64,000 nucleotides of DNA from an uncultured Nitrospinota bacterium (GTDB taxonomy: Bacteria; Tectomicrobia; Entotheonellia; J063; CAVPRW01). The notes beneath the pieces are model-generated. The model searched no databases, was not told the origin of the DNA, and saw nothing but the letters and a program-made list of their open reading frames with translations. The DNA lies in assembly GCA_963707985.1 (NCBI GenBank), contig CAVPRW010000022.1, positions 1 to 64,000 on the forward strand, in the 5' to 3' direction. Within the stretch, counting starts at the first letter, position 1. Every line of letters starts with the position of its first letter. Positions 27,142 through 38,587 of this stretch are shown here, one piece after another. The translations under genes and the position numbers were made by a program.

Positions 27142-28569
27142 TCAACAGAACTGGAACTCGCCAGTTGACGCCAGCATCTGGAACATCTCACCACACCTGT
27201 GGGTGAACTCAGCCCGCTCGGTGTCGGTGCCATGCCGCAGCTCACCTTGCCGCTGCGCATGCTCAACCAATGACTGGCGGGTGGTGCCGGTGACGTTGAG
27301 GCAACCCACCAGGTCGATACAGCCATCCACGAATGCCTCTGGGGACAAACGTGGGCCTTGCGCCATGAGACGATCGATCAGATCCTTGACGCCTGGGAGG
27401 TCCGTCTGCCCCAGGTATTGTGAGGCGAAGTTGATCCGCTCCACCAGGGTGCCGCTGTCGATCCATTCATGGCCGGTATGCCAGCCTTCCACCGTCGGCG
27501 GGTTCATCAGATCCATACCCATGTACTTGGGCTCCTGCGAGATCTGGAAGAGGCCCGGCTTGATTTCGCCACGGTGCTCGCCCACCAGACGCATGAGACC
27601 GACGACCATCTCCGCCGGACTTGCCACCCGCGCGAAGCGAGCCGAATCCGCCTTGAAGGCCTCCGAGGTGAATAGCGTGCGCAGCATCGCCGTGATGTCA
27701 TAGCCAGAGTCGAAGTAGGCCTTTTCCAGCGCCGCAATCAGCGCCATGTCCTTGGGCGGCGTCATGCGCCAGGATGGCACTGGCACCTCGTCGGCCACAA
27801 AGAAGTTGTACATGTGCCGAGAGAGGAACCGGGCGGTGCCAGGCTGTTTACAAATCATGTTGACGATGTCCTCGCCATTCCAGCGGCCAGTCTCACCCAG
27901 GAAGGTTTTTTCGCTATCATCGTGGTCCGCCTGATCATAGCGGAACTCCCATGGACTGCGGCCATAGGGGAAGGGAGGATAGGCCGGCGCGACGCTCCAG
28001 CCACTGAAGGCACGGGCGCACACTTTGACGTCAGCCTCGCTATAGTTGAATGCCTCGTCCTTACCGACGCCCAAGGAAAACAGCTCCAGCAGCTCGCGGC
28101 CATAGTTTTCGTTAATGGCAACCTTGTGGCTTTCGGTGTTGTCCAGGTAATACATCATGGCAGGGCTGGTGGACAAGCGCATCAATAGGTCGCGGAAGTT
28201 GCCCATGCCGTGTTCCCGGAACATGGCTATCATGCGGCTCATTTCTTCGCCGCTGTCGATTTTGCTGTGGCCGGCACAGAAAATCATGTGCCAGAACAGG
28301 GCCATCTTCTCCTGAAGCTGGCGGGGGTTGTTGATCATGCGAAACAGCCAGTGTTGGACGTTGGTCTCAATGGCGGCGGAATGATTATAGGCTGGGTGGC
28401 AGCGATACATCATGTCTTCTTCGATGCCCGGCTGCGACTCAGGATTGAGTAATTCTGCTACCGTCGCATCGTAGCCTTGAGCCGCCTTGGCTTCGATTTC
28501 CGCACGGCTTGCACCAAAACCAGCTCGGCGCAAGAGATGAGCTATCAGAGCAACATTCTGGTCAGTCAT
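27142..28569 (-). CDS. DUF1800 domain protein
   Basis: HLLRRAGFG, EKMALFWH, PAMMYYLDN, NENYGRELLELFSLG, PPTVEGW. Confidence 0.9.
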   Translation of the reverse strand: MTDQNVALIAHLLRRAGFGASRAEIEAKAAQGYDATVAELLNPESQPGIEEDMMYRCHPAYNHSAAIETNVQHWLFRMINNPRQLQEKMALFWHMIFCAGHSKIDSGEEMSRMIAMFREHGMGNFRDLLMRLSTSPAMMYYLDNTESHKVAINENYGRELLELFSLGVGKDEAFNYSEADVKVCARAFSGWSVAPAYPPFPYGRSPWEFRYDQADHDDSEKTFLGETGRWNGEDIVNMICKQPGTARFLSRHMYNFFVADEVPVPSWRMTPPKDMALIAALEKAYFDSGYDITAMLRTLFTSEAFKADSARFARVASPAEMVVGLMRLVGEHRGEIKPGLFQISQEPKYMGMDLMNPPTVEGWHTGHEWIDSGTLVERINFASQYLGQTDLPGVKDLIDRLMAQGPRLSPEAFVDGCIDLVGCLNVTGTTRQSLVEHAQRQGELRHGTDTERAEFTHRCGEMFQMLASTGEFQFC

Positions 28570-29076
28570 ATGCCCTCCCTTCCTTGTGAACGGGCGTCAC
28601 GCCCCGGGCGACGTCAAGCGGCTTGCTGCCTTGATCTCTCCAGCAATACCGTGGACGAGGTATTCACGTTCCAACCTCCAACCATTCGCCAGCCAGGCCA
28701 AGGAATCAACCAGGACGACCAATGATTGAAGAACGTCATGTGTTGCAACTACGTTCCTGAGCGCCTGCGCGAGAAAGTTCTCCCGCTGAAAACCTCTTCA
28801 GGGTGAGATAGACGAGAGGTGTTTAGGACTATGCGATCCTCGACCCATGTTGTCTAGGAGAGCCAAGAGACACGAGCCAAGAGCCAAGAGCTACAGCACC
28901 ACTGATCAGTCCCCTGGCCGCTCCCATGGTCGTACGTGTAGAGCTAATGCGAATCATTCCCGATAGTGGCCAGGATACCCGGAACCCCTGGTGACTGTCA
29001 AGCGCTACCTGCTGCACGGTGCTACGCCTGCCTTTGGTGCGATCGGGTGCAGCGTGGTGTTTCCATTCTCGTGCCC

Positions 29077-30094
29077 TCATCTGGTTTCAGAGGGAGTGGG
29101 AATCGGCTTCGGACTCGCGCTGTCAAGCGTCGATTCGAGACCATCCGACGTTTCCCTCTCCCAGATGCCCACGGGGAAGGCTAGCACCACTTGAAAGCCC
29201 ATGGCGTGGTAGAGCCTGAGCGCTCGCTTGTTGGCGCGGCTGACAATCAGCGAAAGGCTCTCGTAGCCGCGTTCGGCCAGCCGCTGCAAACTGTAATCAA
29301 GGAGCCCTCCACCAATGCCTTGCCGTTGGTATGCAGGCAGTACAGCCACCTGCGGCAAATGCGCCTGTCGGGGGGCCACCTCAGTGACGACGACGAAGCC
29401 CAGACTTCTCCCGCGGTTATGTGCTAATGCCGAAGCTTGAGGAACGAGAACGCCGCAGCTGCCCTGGTTCACGAGATGATCGAGTACGCTACGGCAGCCA
29501 TCCATGCTGCGGTAGAGCGCCAGAATTTTGGCTTCGATGCTGCCGAGATAGGCCGCCTGCAGAATTGCGACGGCTTCGCCGAGGTGGGTTGCTTGCCATG
29601 GCTCCAGGGACACCAACGCTACAGGCGGCCGAGGCCTACGTGTGGGGCTCAGTGTCGCAGCGCAGGAACTCACGCCAATAGGTCTCGAACCCTTCGGCCT
29701 CAAGCGCCGCCCCAAGCCAGGGACAATCGGCAGATATGAAACGGCTTTCGATGCGTGATACCCCCCGCCGTTGCATCTCATGAATGGTGGTCTTGAGGAG
29801 CGTCTCCCCCACGTCACTGTAACGCCACTCGGGTAAGACGACTAGACCGGAAATCACCCCGAGATGCCCGCTTATCCCATAGTATGTATAGCCAACCGTC
29901 CGATCGTTTACCCGCACAGCAATGCCTGGCAAGCCACCGCGCCCCACAATACGGCGCAGTGCGGCGGCGTGACTCGAGATGTCCCAGAGAAGCCGGTCAT
30001 GCCATAGACGCATTTCATACTGCCAGAGGTCGTCGAGCTCTGGCGCCCCGACAGTACAGAGGTCCACTATTTGCACGTCACGGAGCGGTGTCAC
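29077..30094 (-). CDS. Tandem GNAT acetyltransferase, split by a frameshift near 29645
   Basis: Two GNAT motifs (LVVLPEWR...GETLL; VAVLPAYQRQGIGG) in adjacent frames. Confidence 0.75.
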
Positions 30095-30272
30095 ACTTTT
30101 CCATCCGAGGGTGTCGGGGGAAGGCTTGCCATGAACCCTGACGGCTGGCGCATCTCAAGCAAGCACCCACAAGCACAGGTTCAGGGGATTCATAGGAGTT
30201 GTTTGTACCATGGGCGTCGCCAGGAGGTCAAGCCCCGTTCCTCACTGCCAGCCAAAGGGTGCGACGCTGAAA

Positions 30273-30301
30273 TTGACAGGCTGTGAGCGGGTGGCTACAA
30301 T
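30273..30301 (+). promoter_or_regulatory. sigma70-like promoter
   Basis: TTGACA-N17-TACAAT upstream of the dehydrogenase. Confidence 0.6.
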
Positions 30302-30438
30302 GGCGCCGCATGCATGACACGTGTCTTTATTGACATGACCTGAGTCCTACCGACTTTCTCGTGCCCCTATTAGGAGAAATCCGTTGGAGCCGGAGACTGT
30401 ATCTGGGGATGACCTAGCCATCAGATGCGGAGGACGAT

Positions 30439-31539
30439 ATGGCAGTGAGACTCGATGCCCCGACGACACGGGAAACGATTCCTGAGACGATGCGGGCGGC
30501 GGTGCTCTGCGGTCCGAGGGACATCCGCCAAATCAATCGCCCCGTGCCGCGGCCCGGCCCTGGCGAAGTGCTGGTCAAGGTCGCGATGTGCGGGACATGT
30601 GGCACCGACCTGAAGATTTATGACGGACATTTCCCACTGCTCCCACCGTATGGGGCATTCACGCCCGGCCATGAATGGACGGGGACGGTGGTCGCCCTAG
30701 GCGAGACGGTCGATGAAGTTGCCATCGGGGACCGGGTGTGCATCGAAGCGCATCATGGGTGTGGCCGCTGTGATAATTGCCTCATCGGTCGCTACACCGC
30801 CTGCCTGCACTATGGCGACGCCAACAAGGGTCATCGCGCCACGGGTATGACCGCCGATGGAGGATTTGCCGAGTACGTGCTGCACCACGTTAGCGCGCTC
30901 TACAAGATGCCACCTCAGGTGTCTTTCAAGGATGCAGTGCTGCTGACCACCGCGGGCACCGGCCTGTATGGTCTCGACGCAGCCGGTGGGTATATTGTGG
31001 GGTATGACATCGCGATTTTTGGCCCTGGTCCGGTAGGACTGATGACGGTCCAAGCCTGCAAAGAGCTCGGCGCTGGTCGGATCTTCCTGGTGGGGACACG
31101 CAGCAGTCGTCTGGCGATGGGCCAACGCTTTGGCGCCGACTACATTATTAATATGCGTGAACGCGACCCAGTGGCTGCGATTCAGGATCTCACCAGCGGT
31201 GCTGGCGTCGACTTGTCCATCGAGTGCTCTGGGGCTGTTGAGACGCCACAGCAATGCGTCCAGGTAACCAAGCGTGGCGGTAAAATCCTCGTCGTCGCCT
31301 TCTACCCACAACCCGTCACGCTGGATCTGAGTGCAGTCGTGCGTGGAGATGTCACTATCTACACCACGCGTGGCGAAGGGGGGAATAACGTCAAACGCGC
31401 CGTCTCTCTGGCCGGGCAGGGACGCCTGCACGGGGCTGAGTTGGTGACCCACGAGTTCCCTCTGGAGTCCATCACCGAGGCGTTTCGCGTCATGCGCGAG
31501 CGTGACGGGGACCCCATCAAGATTGTCATCGTTCCATAG
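30439..31539 (+). CDS. Zinc-dependent alcohol dehydrogenase (MDR family)
   Basis: CGTD, GHE, CGRCDNC structural Zn site, GPGPVG. Confidence 0.92.
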   Translation: MAVRLDAPTTRETIPETMRAAVLCGPRDIRQINRPVPRPGPGEVLVKVAMCGTCGTDLKIYDGHFPLLPPYGAFTPGHEWTGTVVALGETVDEVAIGDRVCIEAHHGCGRCDNCLIGRYTACLHYGDANKGHRATGMTADGGFAEYVLHHVSALYKMPPQVSFKDAVLLTTAGTGLYGLDAAGGYIVGYDIAIFGPGPVGLMTVQACKELGAGRIFLVGTRSSRLAMGQRFGADYIINMRERDPVAAIQDLTSGAGVDLSIECSGAVETPQQCVQVTKRGGKILVVAFYPQPVTLDLSAVVRGDVTIYTTRGEGGNNVKRAVSLAGQGRLHGAELVTHEFPLESITEAFRVMRERDGDPIKIVIVP

Positions 31540-31773
31540 CCTGGGCCGAATGGGTGCGGCCCATACCTCCCCAGAGGCGGGTGGCTTTTCCGTCCCTCTG
31601 CTCCGTGATGTCAGGCACCTGACTGGCGTCCTCGTTCGAGAATTTAGACTTGCGAATCCGTGATCATCCCTGGTAAAATCTAGACCTAACCGACTTCAAT
31701 GGATCTCCATAAACGTGTTCGGAAAGCATCGCTCTATGCAGACGAGGCGGATGCCCTCAGGGGGGAGAGGCTG

Positions 31774-32919
31774 GTGGAAACCTTAAAGACTGCGGTAAAC
31801 GGCTCAAAAGAGCCGAAGGAAAAAGCGCTGAGTCTTGCCGTGGCCCAGATCGAGCGGCAATTCGGCAAGGGTGCCATTATGCGCCTGGGCGCGCAGCCCG
31901 CCGCCCTGGACATCGCGGTGATCCCAACTGGGGCCATTTCGCTCGATGCCGCACTCGGCGTGGGCGGGATCCCACGGGGGCGCGTCACCGAGATCTACGG
32001 TCCGGAGGCCTCCGGTAAGACCACGCTGGCGCTCCACCTCATTGCCGAGGTGCAATCGACCGGCGGCATTGCGGCCTTTATCGATGCCGAACACGCCCTT
32101 GACCCGGTGTATGCCCAGAAGCTCGGGGTGAAGACCGATGAGCTCCTCATCTCGCAACCGGACACCGGTGAGCAGGCCTTGGAGATCGCCGAAACTCTCG
32201 TGCGCAGCGGCGCCATCGATGTGATCGTGGTCGATTCCGTAGCTGCGCTTGTGCCCAAGGCGGAGATCGATGGCGAGATGGGCGATGCCCAGATGGGACT
32301 ACAGGCACGCCTCATGTCGCAGGCTCTGCGAAAGCTGACGGGCATCATCAGCAAGTCCAGGACCGCCATGATTTTCATCAATCAACTGCGGCAAAAGATT
32401 GGCATGTTCGTCGGCAATCCCGAAACTACCACCGGTGGTAACGCCCTCAAGTTTTATGCCTCTGTCCGCCTGGATGTCCGGCGCATCGGCCAAATCAAGG
32501 AAGGTGACGAAACGACAGGCAGCCGCGTCCGCGTGAAAGTGGTGAAAAACAAGGTGGCCCCACCCTTCCGCCAGGCGGAGTTCGACATGATGTATGGCGA
32601 AGGCATCTCGCGCGAAGGCGACCTCTTGGACCTTGCGAGCGACCGCGGTCTGGTGCATAAAAGTGGGGCCTGGTATGCCTACCAGGAGGACCGAATTGGC
32701 CAGGGCCGCGAGAACGCGAAGAAATATCTCAAGGAGCATCCTGACATCGCTGCCGCCATTGAGCAGCAGCTCCGCCATACGCTGGGACTGGCGCGCGTGG
32801 CCGCTGAGCCGCCGTCGGCAGATAGCTCGAATGGCGGGTCTTTGGATTCTGGAAGCCGACGACGTGTAAGCGCCTCCAGCGAACGCACGACAATCGGCGG
32901 ATCAAGTGGGGTCCCCTAA
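31774..32919 (+). CDS. recA: Recombinase RecA
   Basis: [40 protein letters not shown]. Confidence 0.98.
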   Translation: METLKTAVNGSKEPKEKALSLAVAQIERQFGKGAIMRLGAQPAALDIAVIPTGAISLDAALGVGGIPRGRVTEIYGPEASGKTTLALHLIAEVQSTGGIAAFIDAEHALDPVYAQKLGVKTDELLISQPDTGEQALEIAETLVRSGAIDVIVVDSVAALVPKAEIDGEMGDAQMGLQARLMSQALRKLTGIISKSRTAMIFINQLRQKIGMFVGNPETTTGGNALKFYASVRLDVRRIGQIKEGDETTGSRVRVKVVKNKVAPPFRQAEFDMMYGEGISREGDLLDLASDRGLVHKSGAWYAYQEDRIGQGRENAKKYLKEHPDIAAAIEQQLRHTLGLARVAAEPPSADSSNGGSLDSGSRRRVSASSERTTIGGSSGVP

Positions 32920-33300
32920 AGCGATCCGCCGGTTGCTCGAGCCTCATTCCCTCAAGCTTACCCTCGGCCTGTCAGTCGACTATTCACCCCACAAGAACTG
33001 CTCAGGACATCCACTCATGCTAGATTGACCGACATCGCCAGTGATGCCAGTGCTCTTCCGTGAACCCACATTCGTCTGGAGACTGTTGGACACCTGGAAA
33101 TAAAAGGTCGGCTTGACACTGAGACCATCCTAACCTATGCTGTCGGCGAATTTGCATTACAGAATTGTCTGACAATATTTTTTCAGTCCGAGAAAGGTCG
33201 AGCGGCTTCGAGCCCGTTGTAAGCTCTCGTCGAGTGAGTCCTAACGGGGAAGTCTGCTGGATTAGGCGGAATGGCGCAGAGGAGGGCGAAGCGGAGAGGC

Positions 33301-33996
33301 ATGAAGTCACCAGTCCGCCTGCATATCCCAGGGCATGAGGCAGATCCTCCGGCTCATAGTCGGGTAGAAGCCGCTTACCAGCAGATCAAACATGACATCA
33401 TCGAGGGGATCTATACGCCCCGCCAGCGTTTGATCGAAACCGACATCGCACCACTCCTGGGGGTGAGCCGGGCGACGCTGCGGGGGGCATTGTTGCGGCT
33501 GCAACACGAGGGCTTCGTGGAGATTCAGCCGAACCGCGGCGCTCAGGTCCGCGCTTTCAGTGTTGAAGAGGCGACCCGTATCTTGCAGGTGCGTGAGGTA
33601 CTTGAGGGGCTGGCTGCCGGGCTTGCTGCCGAAAAGGCAACGGCCGCAGAGCTAGCCGAGCTCCACGACATCGTGGTGGAGATGGAGAACACGCTCGCCG
33701 CCGACGATCTCCTCGGCCATTTACCGCTGGTTGGGCGTTTCCACCAGCGCCTTGACGAGATGGCGGGAAACGAATTCATCGAGCAGTTCCTCAGTATGCT
33801 GCGGGCGCCGCTCATTCGGCATCAGTTTCGTGTCATTCTCGTCCCCGGACGTAAGGATGAGTCGTTGATCGAGCATCGTAAGATTTTGGCTTGTCTTACA
33901 AATCATGATGCGATGGGAGCTGAGCGCGCCATGCGACAGCATATTGCGGCGTTACGCAATAGCCTGCAGCTGGCGAACCAACATCCCCTGACCTAG
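33301..33996 (+). CDS. GntR/FCD transcriptional regulator
   Basis: LGVSRATLRGALLRLQHEG HTH plus FCD (EHRKIL...AMRQHI). Confidence 0.9.
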   Translation: MKSPVRLHIPGHEADPPAHSRVEAAYQQIKHDIIEGIYTPRQRLIETDIAPLLGVSRATLRGALLRLQHEGFVEIQPNRGAQVRAFSVEEATRILQVREVLEGLAAGLAAEKATAAELAELHDIVVEMENTLAADDLLGHLPLVGRFHQRLDEMAGNEFIEQFLSMLRAPLIRHQFRVILVPGRKDESLIEHRKILACLTNHDAMGAERAMRQHIAALRNSLQLANQHPLT

Positions 33997-34189
33997 GTGA
34001 GGAACGTCTCTCCCCCTCGGCCAGTAATGCGCAGCTCCTTCCGGACCCGGCCACCTCCGCAATAGGGAGAGGGATTGGGTGGCACTGAAATCGCGGCGCA
34101 TGGTGTGGAACAGGAGGTTCGTTTGCATCCGTACTCGCGGGGGATCTATCGGGTGCGTTCTACCTCCCCATGATCAGCAGGAGGTATGC

Positions 34190-35254
34190 ATGGATTTTGG
34201 ATTGTTCTACTACTGTCAGGGGAGGGGTGTGCCCCATGACCAGGCCTATCATGAGATGCTGGATCAAATCGTCCTAGCGGAAACGCTAGGATTCGGTGAG
34301 TGCTGGTTCGCGGAGCATCATTTTACAGATTATTCTCTGCTCCCCAGTCCCAATCTTATGATCGCCTCGGCGGTCCAACGCACTCGCTACATGCGCTTTG
34401 GCAACTACGTTAATGCCATGTCCTTTCACCATCCGCTGCGGCTCGCCGCTGAAGCCGCGATGCTGGATAATCTGGCGCGAGGACGCTTCGATTTCGGTAT
34501 TGGCAAGGGCGTGCGTCAGGGTGAGTTCACCAAGCTCGGCCTCAATTTCGACGATGGCGTGGACATGACCGAGGAGGCCGTCGAGATTGTGCTCAAGGTC
34601 TGGATGCACGAAACCTGCTCCCATGCTGGTCGGTTCTGGAACTTTCCTGAGCTGAGCCTGCGACCGCGGGTCTATCAGCGGCCCTACCCACCGCTGCACG
34701 AAGTGGCCAGTCGCCCAGCCTCAGTGGCGCGCGTTGGGGCTAAGGGCTGGCCGGTGGCCATGCATTTCACGCCGACTGACGTAGTGGCACAGGCGGTCCA
34801 GGATTATCACGCCGCACTCGCGAAGCGCAACCAGCCGCCGGGGGAAGGTCCGTATCGACCGCGTCTGCTGCTATGTCGCGAGACCTATGTCGCGGAAACA
34901 CCAGAACAAGCGCGGGTTGAGGGAGCCTTGGGATTGCAGGGTTTCTACCATCTGTCCTCACTCGCGGCCCCACCACCGCCAGTGAACTTTTCCGACGAGC
35001 GCCTCAAATCACTGACCCGTAGCTGGGGGGGACGGAGCTTCAATGAGATGGAGGCGCTGGGGGCCATGCTGATCGGATCACCAGAGCAAATCGCGGCGAA
35101 AGTCGAGCACCTGGAATCGATCGGTGTGGACAGCTTATTGCTGGTATGCAGTTTTGGTAATCTCTCCCACGAGCAGGTGTGTCGTTCACTGGAGCTGTTT
35201 GCCAACACCGCGATTCGTCCTCGACAACCGGTGGCGACTTCGGCCAGCGTCTGA
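34190..35254 (+). CDS. LLM-class flavin-dependent oxidoreductase
   Basis: WFAEHHF, HPLRLAAEAAMLD...GRFDFGIGKG. Confidence 0.9.
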   Translation: MDFGLFYYCQGRGVPHDQAYHEMLDQIVLAETLGFGECWFAEHHFTDYSLLPSPNLMIASAVQRTRYMRFGNYVNAMSFHHPLRLAAEAAMLDNLARGRFDFGIGKGVRQGEFTKLGLNFDDGVDMTEEAVEIVLKVWMHETCSHAGRFWNFPELSLRPRVYQRPYPPLHEVASRPASVARVGAKGWPVAMHFTPTDVVAQAVQDYHAALAKRNQPPGEGPYRPRLLLCRETYVAETPEQARVEGALGLQGFYHLSSLAAPPPPVNFSDERLKSLTRSWGGRSFNEMEALGAMLIGSPEQIAAKVEHLESIGVDSLLLVCSFGNLSHEQVCRSLELFANTAIRPRQPVATSASV

Positions 35255-35361
35255 GTAACGTGTAGACTAGCCAGCGCTACCGATGCAGGCTTCTGACAGC
35301 GCCGGCAGAAGCGACTGGTGTGAGGGTGCCAGGGGTATAGCGGCCATCGGAGAATATCGTT

Positions 35362-36133
35362 CCCCTGCGGATTGCGGAAGAAGCGGCAACGCTGGACCAG
35401 ATTAGCGAGGGGCGTTTCGATTTCGGCATTGGGCGCAGTGGCTCACCGCGCGCCTACGACCTCTATGGCGTCAATTATGCGGAAAGCCAGGCACGTTTCC
35501 AGGAGGCACTTCTCATTATCCTCGAAGCCTGGAAGGGGGAACGCTTCAGCTTCCATGGCGAGTATTCTCAATTCGACAACGCCATCATTTCGCCACGACC
35601 GTATCAGCAACCCCACCCACCCATCCGTATGGCCGCCACGACGGAGGAGACCTTCCCCCGTGTGGGTGAGAAGGGATTACCCATCTTTGTCGGACTCCGC
35701 GGCATGGATATACCGGACCTGCGGGCAAACTTGCAGGCATATCGTAAGGCCTGGCATGAGGCGGGCCACCCTGGGATACGCCTCGACGACTGAGCAGGGG
35801 GCACGGGATGAGCCGTACGACAGCATTATGTACTACTTCTCGCGCCAGGCCGACCTGACACGATCCTCAGTCGGGCGTGCTGGCACCGGGCCGGCCGATC
35901 GGCGCCAGGAGCGGGCCGAGCGCATGTCGAGCTTAACTTATGACCAGATTCTACACACTAAAGTGGCGTTTGGCACGGCTGCGGGGCTGATCGATCGCCT
36001 GTCGCACTTACAGGAAGAACTTGGGTTGGATGGTGTGGTGTGTGAACTCGACTCGGGCGGCCAGATCCCCCCGGAGCGGGTTAAGCGTAGTCTGCAGATT
36101 CTCACCCACGAGGTGATGCCTGCATTTAAGTAA
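35362..36133 (+). pseudogene. LLM oxidoreductase remnant (5'-truncated, internal frameshift or deletion)
   Basis: PLRIAEEAATLDQISEGRFDFGIGRSG in one frame, C-terminus ...EVMPAFK in another. Confidence 0.75.
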
Positions 36134-36310
36134 ATGGGGTGCTTCGCGCTGCTACGAGAGCCATCGCAGCCGTCTGCAGGAACTGGCTTGCACGTGATGC
36201 GAAAGAACGGCTTGTCTCAGCCAGAAAGGTCTGATACGATCAGCCGCTCACGCGCAAATCTTGTGTCTCGATCACCGTCAAAATGTGACTCTGTCCAAGG
36301 AGGAATGCAC

Positions 36311-36646
36311 ATGGGGATTACACGTTTGTATACCGGTCCGGATGGTCAGACGCACATCGAAGAATTAGACCTCGCCTCCCATCCAGAGCTCACCCAGCTC
36401 ATGGCGACGAAGGGCGTCGTCTTTCGGAGCGCGGAGCCCGGCCGCTTTAGCGATTGGCATACGGCCCCACGCCGGCAGTTCGTTATAACGCTGGAGGGTG
36501 AAGTGGAAATCGGTCTCGCTGATGGCAGCGTGCACCGCTACGGGCCAGGGCATGTGAACCTGGCAGAAGACTTGACTGGGAAAGGACACACGACGCGTGT
36601 GGTCGGCAACAAGCCCCGCGTCACCGCCACGATCCACATCGACTGA
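36311..36646 (+). CDS. Small cupin-like protein
   Basis: RLYTGPDGQTH, WHTAPRRQFVITL, EDLTGKGH. Confidence 0.8.
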   Translation: MGITRLYTGPDGQTHIEELDLASHPELTQLMATKGVVFRSAEPGRFSDWHTAPRRQFVITLEGEVEIGLADGSVHRYGPGHVNLAEDLTGKGHTTRVVGNKPRVTATIHID

Positions 36647-36846
36647 GCCAGGTGCTTTGGCGACCCTCGCACCCATGAGGGGACAGTCCATGCCTTATCT
36701 GCGAGCCTACAGGTCGGATCGCCTGCAGGCTCGCAGCTGATGTGACCTCTTCACCAGCGCTGCGCGCAGGGTCGAAAAGTGTACACCAAGAGTTGCTGCG
36801 CAAGTCCCGAAAGCCCCACTCAATGCTGATGGCTTCACAATGGACC

Positions 36847-38490
36847 TTAGCTTGCCGGTCCTTGAATTTGCAGTTCCTTGATGGCCGCTTCGCGTAAGCG
36901 AAACTTTTGCACCTTACCACTAGAGGTCATAGGGAATTCTTCCACAAATAATACATGGCGCGGGATCTTGAAGCTGGCAAGCTGGCCGCGACAGAATTCG
37001 ATGAGGTCCGCTGCGGTCACATCGACGCCAGGGTTCAGCACGACACAGGCCGCTCCAACCTCGCTCAGGCGTGCGTCGGGGACCCCGACGATCTTCACCT
37101 GGTTGACGGCTGGATGTTGCAGCAGGAAGGCCTCCACCTCCACGGGATCAACGTTCTCGCCGCCGACCTTGAGGATCTCCTTGTAGCGCCCCAAAAACCG
37201 CACCATACCATCATCATGCATGATTGCCATATCCCCGGTGTGCAGCCAGCCCTGGGGGTCGATGGTCTTGGCGGTTTCTTCGGGTTTCCGGTAATAGCCC
37301 TGCATCACCGCGTAACCGCGCGTGCACAGCTCCCCCATCGAGCCTGGTGGCAGGGCCTGTCCCGTTGCGGGATCGATGACCTTGAATTCGTACCCCGGAA
37401 GCGGCCAGCCCGACCCCCGACAGCGGTCATCTTCCGACGAGTCCAGGAATGAGAGCAGGGCGCCCACGCCCACCTCCGTCATGCCCCAGCCGGTCAGCGT
37501 CGGGCAGAGGAGCTGCTGGGCCCGGCGAGCCACGACCTCTGAGCTCGCCATGCCGGCGGCCAAAATCCCTGTGCGCAGCGAACGCAGATCCAGCGTGACA
37601 CAGGCATGCTGGTCCATCAGATCATGGAAATGGGTATCGAAACCGTGCAACATGGTGGCCTTCTCTTGCGCAATCAGGGACAGCGCCTCCACGGGATCGA
37701 AGAGCGTGGTCAGTACCATACGTGCACCGGTAACCATGATCATGAATGGCCCTTCGTACAGCCCGAAGGCATGGAAGAGTGGGAGGTACATCAAAATCAC
37801 GTCTCTCGGAGTCACACCCATACGATTGGCTTGGTCGATGATCGTGCGCAGGATGTTGTGGTTGTGCATCACCCCCTTGGGAAATCCCGTTGTGCCTGAG
37901 GTGTACATGATCAGGGCCGTCGCATTGGGGTCCACAGCACCTTGGCGCCCCGCAAGCGCGGCATCTGGGAGGCTTTGACCATGGGCCAGCAGGTCTGACC
38001 AGGCGTGGGTGCCGGATAGCCGTCGCTCTCCAAGGATGACGATGCGCTGCAGGCTAGGGAGTCGTGCTGCGCTCACGTGATCAGGAGCACTCTGACGGAG
38101 ATCGGGACAGATCTCGCACACCATGTCGCTATAGTGCACTGGACCGGCGCGATCGACGGTGATGAGAGTTGTGCTATCGGATTGGCCCACCACATATTCC
38201 AGCTCAGTGGTGCGGAACCGAGTATTGATGGGCACCAAGATGGCGCCGATCTTCATGACCGCAAACAGGGTTGAGAGCCACTCAGGACGATTGGGCATCC
38301 ACAGCGAGACTTTTTCACCGGGCTGAATGCCGAGAGCGAGCAAGCCTTTCGCGACGCAGTCGGTCTCAACCTTGAGGTCGGCAAAGGACCAGCGCTTACC
38401 CTCGTAATACAGCGCTTCACGAGGGCCGAATCGTTCAGCGGCCCGATCGACGAGCGCTCCCATGCTAACTTTTTCAAACCAATCCCCCAT
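36847..38490 (-). CDS. AMP-binding acyl-CoA synthetase
   Basis: YTSGTTGFPKG, WGMTE, WLHTGD, SSGKVQK. Confidence 0.92.
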   Translation of the reverse strand: MGDWFEKVSMGALVDRAAERFGPREALYYEGKRWSFADLKVETDCVAKGLLALGIQPGEKVSLWMPNRPEWLSTLFAVMKIGAILVPINTRFRTTELEYVVGQSDSTTLITVDRAGPVHYSDMVCEICPDLRQSAPDHVSAARLPSLQRIVILGERRLSGTHAWSDLLAHGQSLPDAALAGRQGAVDPNATALIMYTSGTTGFPKGVMHNHNILRTIIDQANRMGVTPRDVILMYLPLFHAFGLYEGPFMIMVTGARMVLTTLFDPVEALSLIAQEKATMLHGFDTHFHDLMDQHACVTLDLRSLRTGILAAGMASSEVVARRAQQLLCPTLTGWGMTEVGVGALLSFLDSSEDDRCRGSGWPLPGYEFKVIDPATGQALPPGSMGELCTRGYAVMQGYYRKPEETAKTIDPQGWLHTGDMAIMHDDGMVRFLGRYKEILKVGGENVDPVEVEAFLLQHPAVNQVKIVGVPDARLSEVGAACVVLNPGVDVTAADLIEFCRGQLASFKIPRHVLFVEEFPMTSSGKVQKFRLREAAIKELQIQGPAS

Positions 38491-38587
38491 GGTACCTCCC
38501 GAATCTCTAAAAGCTCCTGCCTGCGATCCGTTCTCTACAAGCAACAGAGAACGTTTGGGCGGGCGAATCACGCGGGAGCGTAGAGGC

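Noticed and set aside
28859..28892. GAGCCAA repeated three times
   Set aside because: Too short and irregular to support a function
31700..31725. LexA box upstream of recA (AAACGTGTTCG)
   Set aside because: Spacing does not fit GAAC-N4-GTTC or GTTC-N7-GTTC
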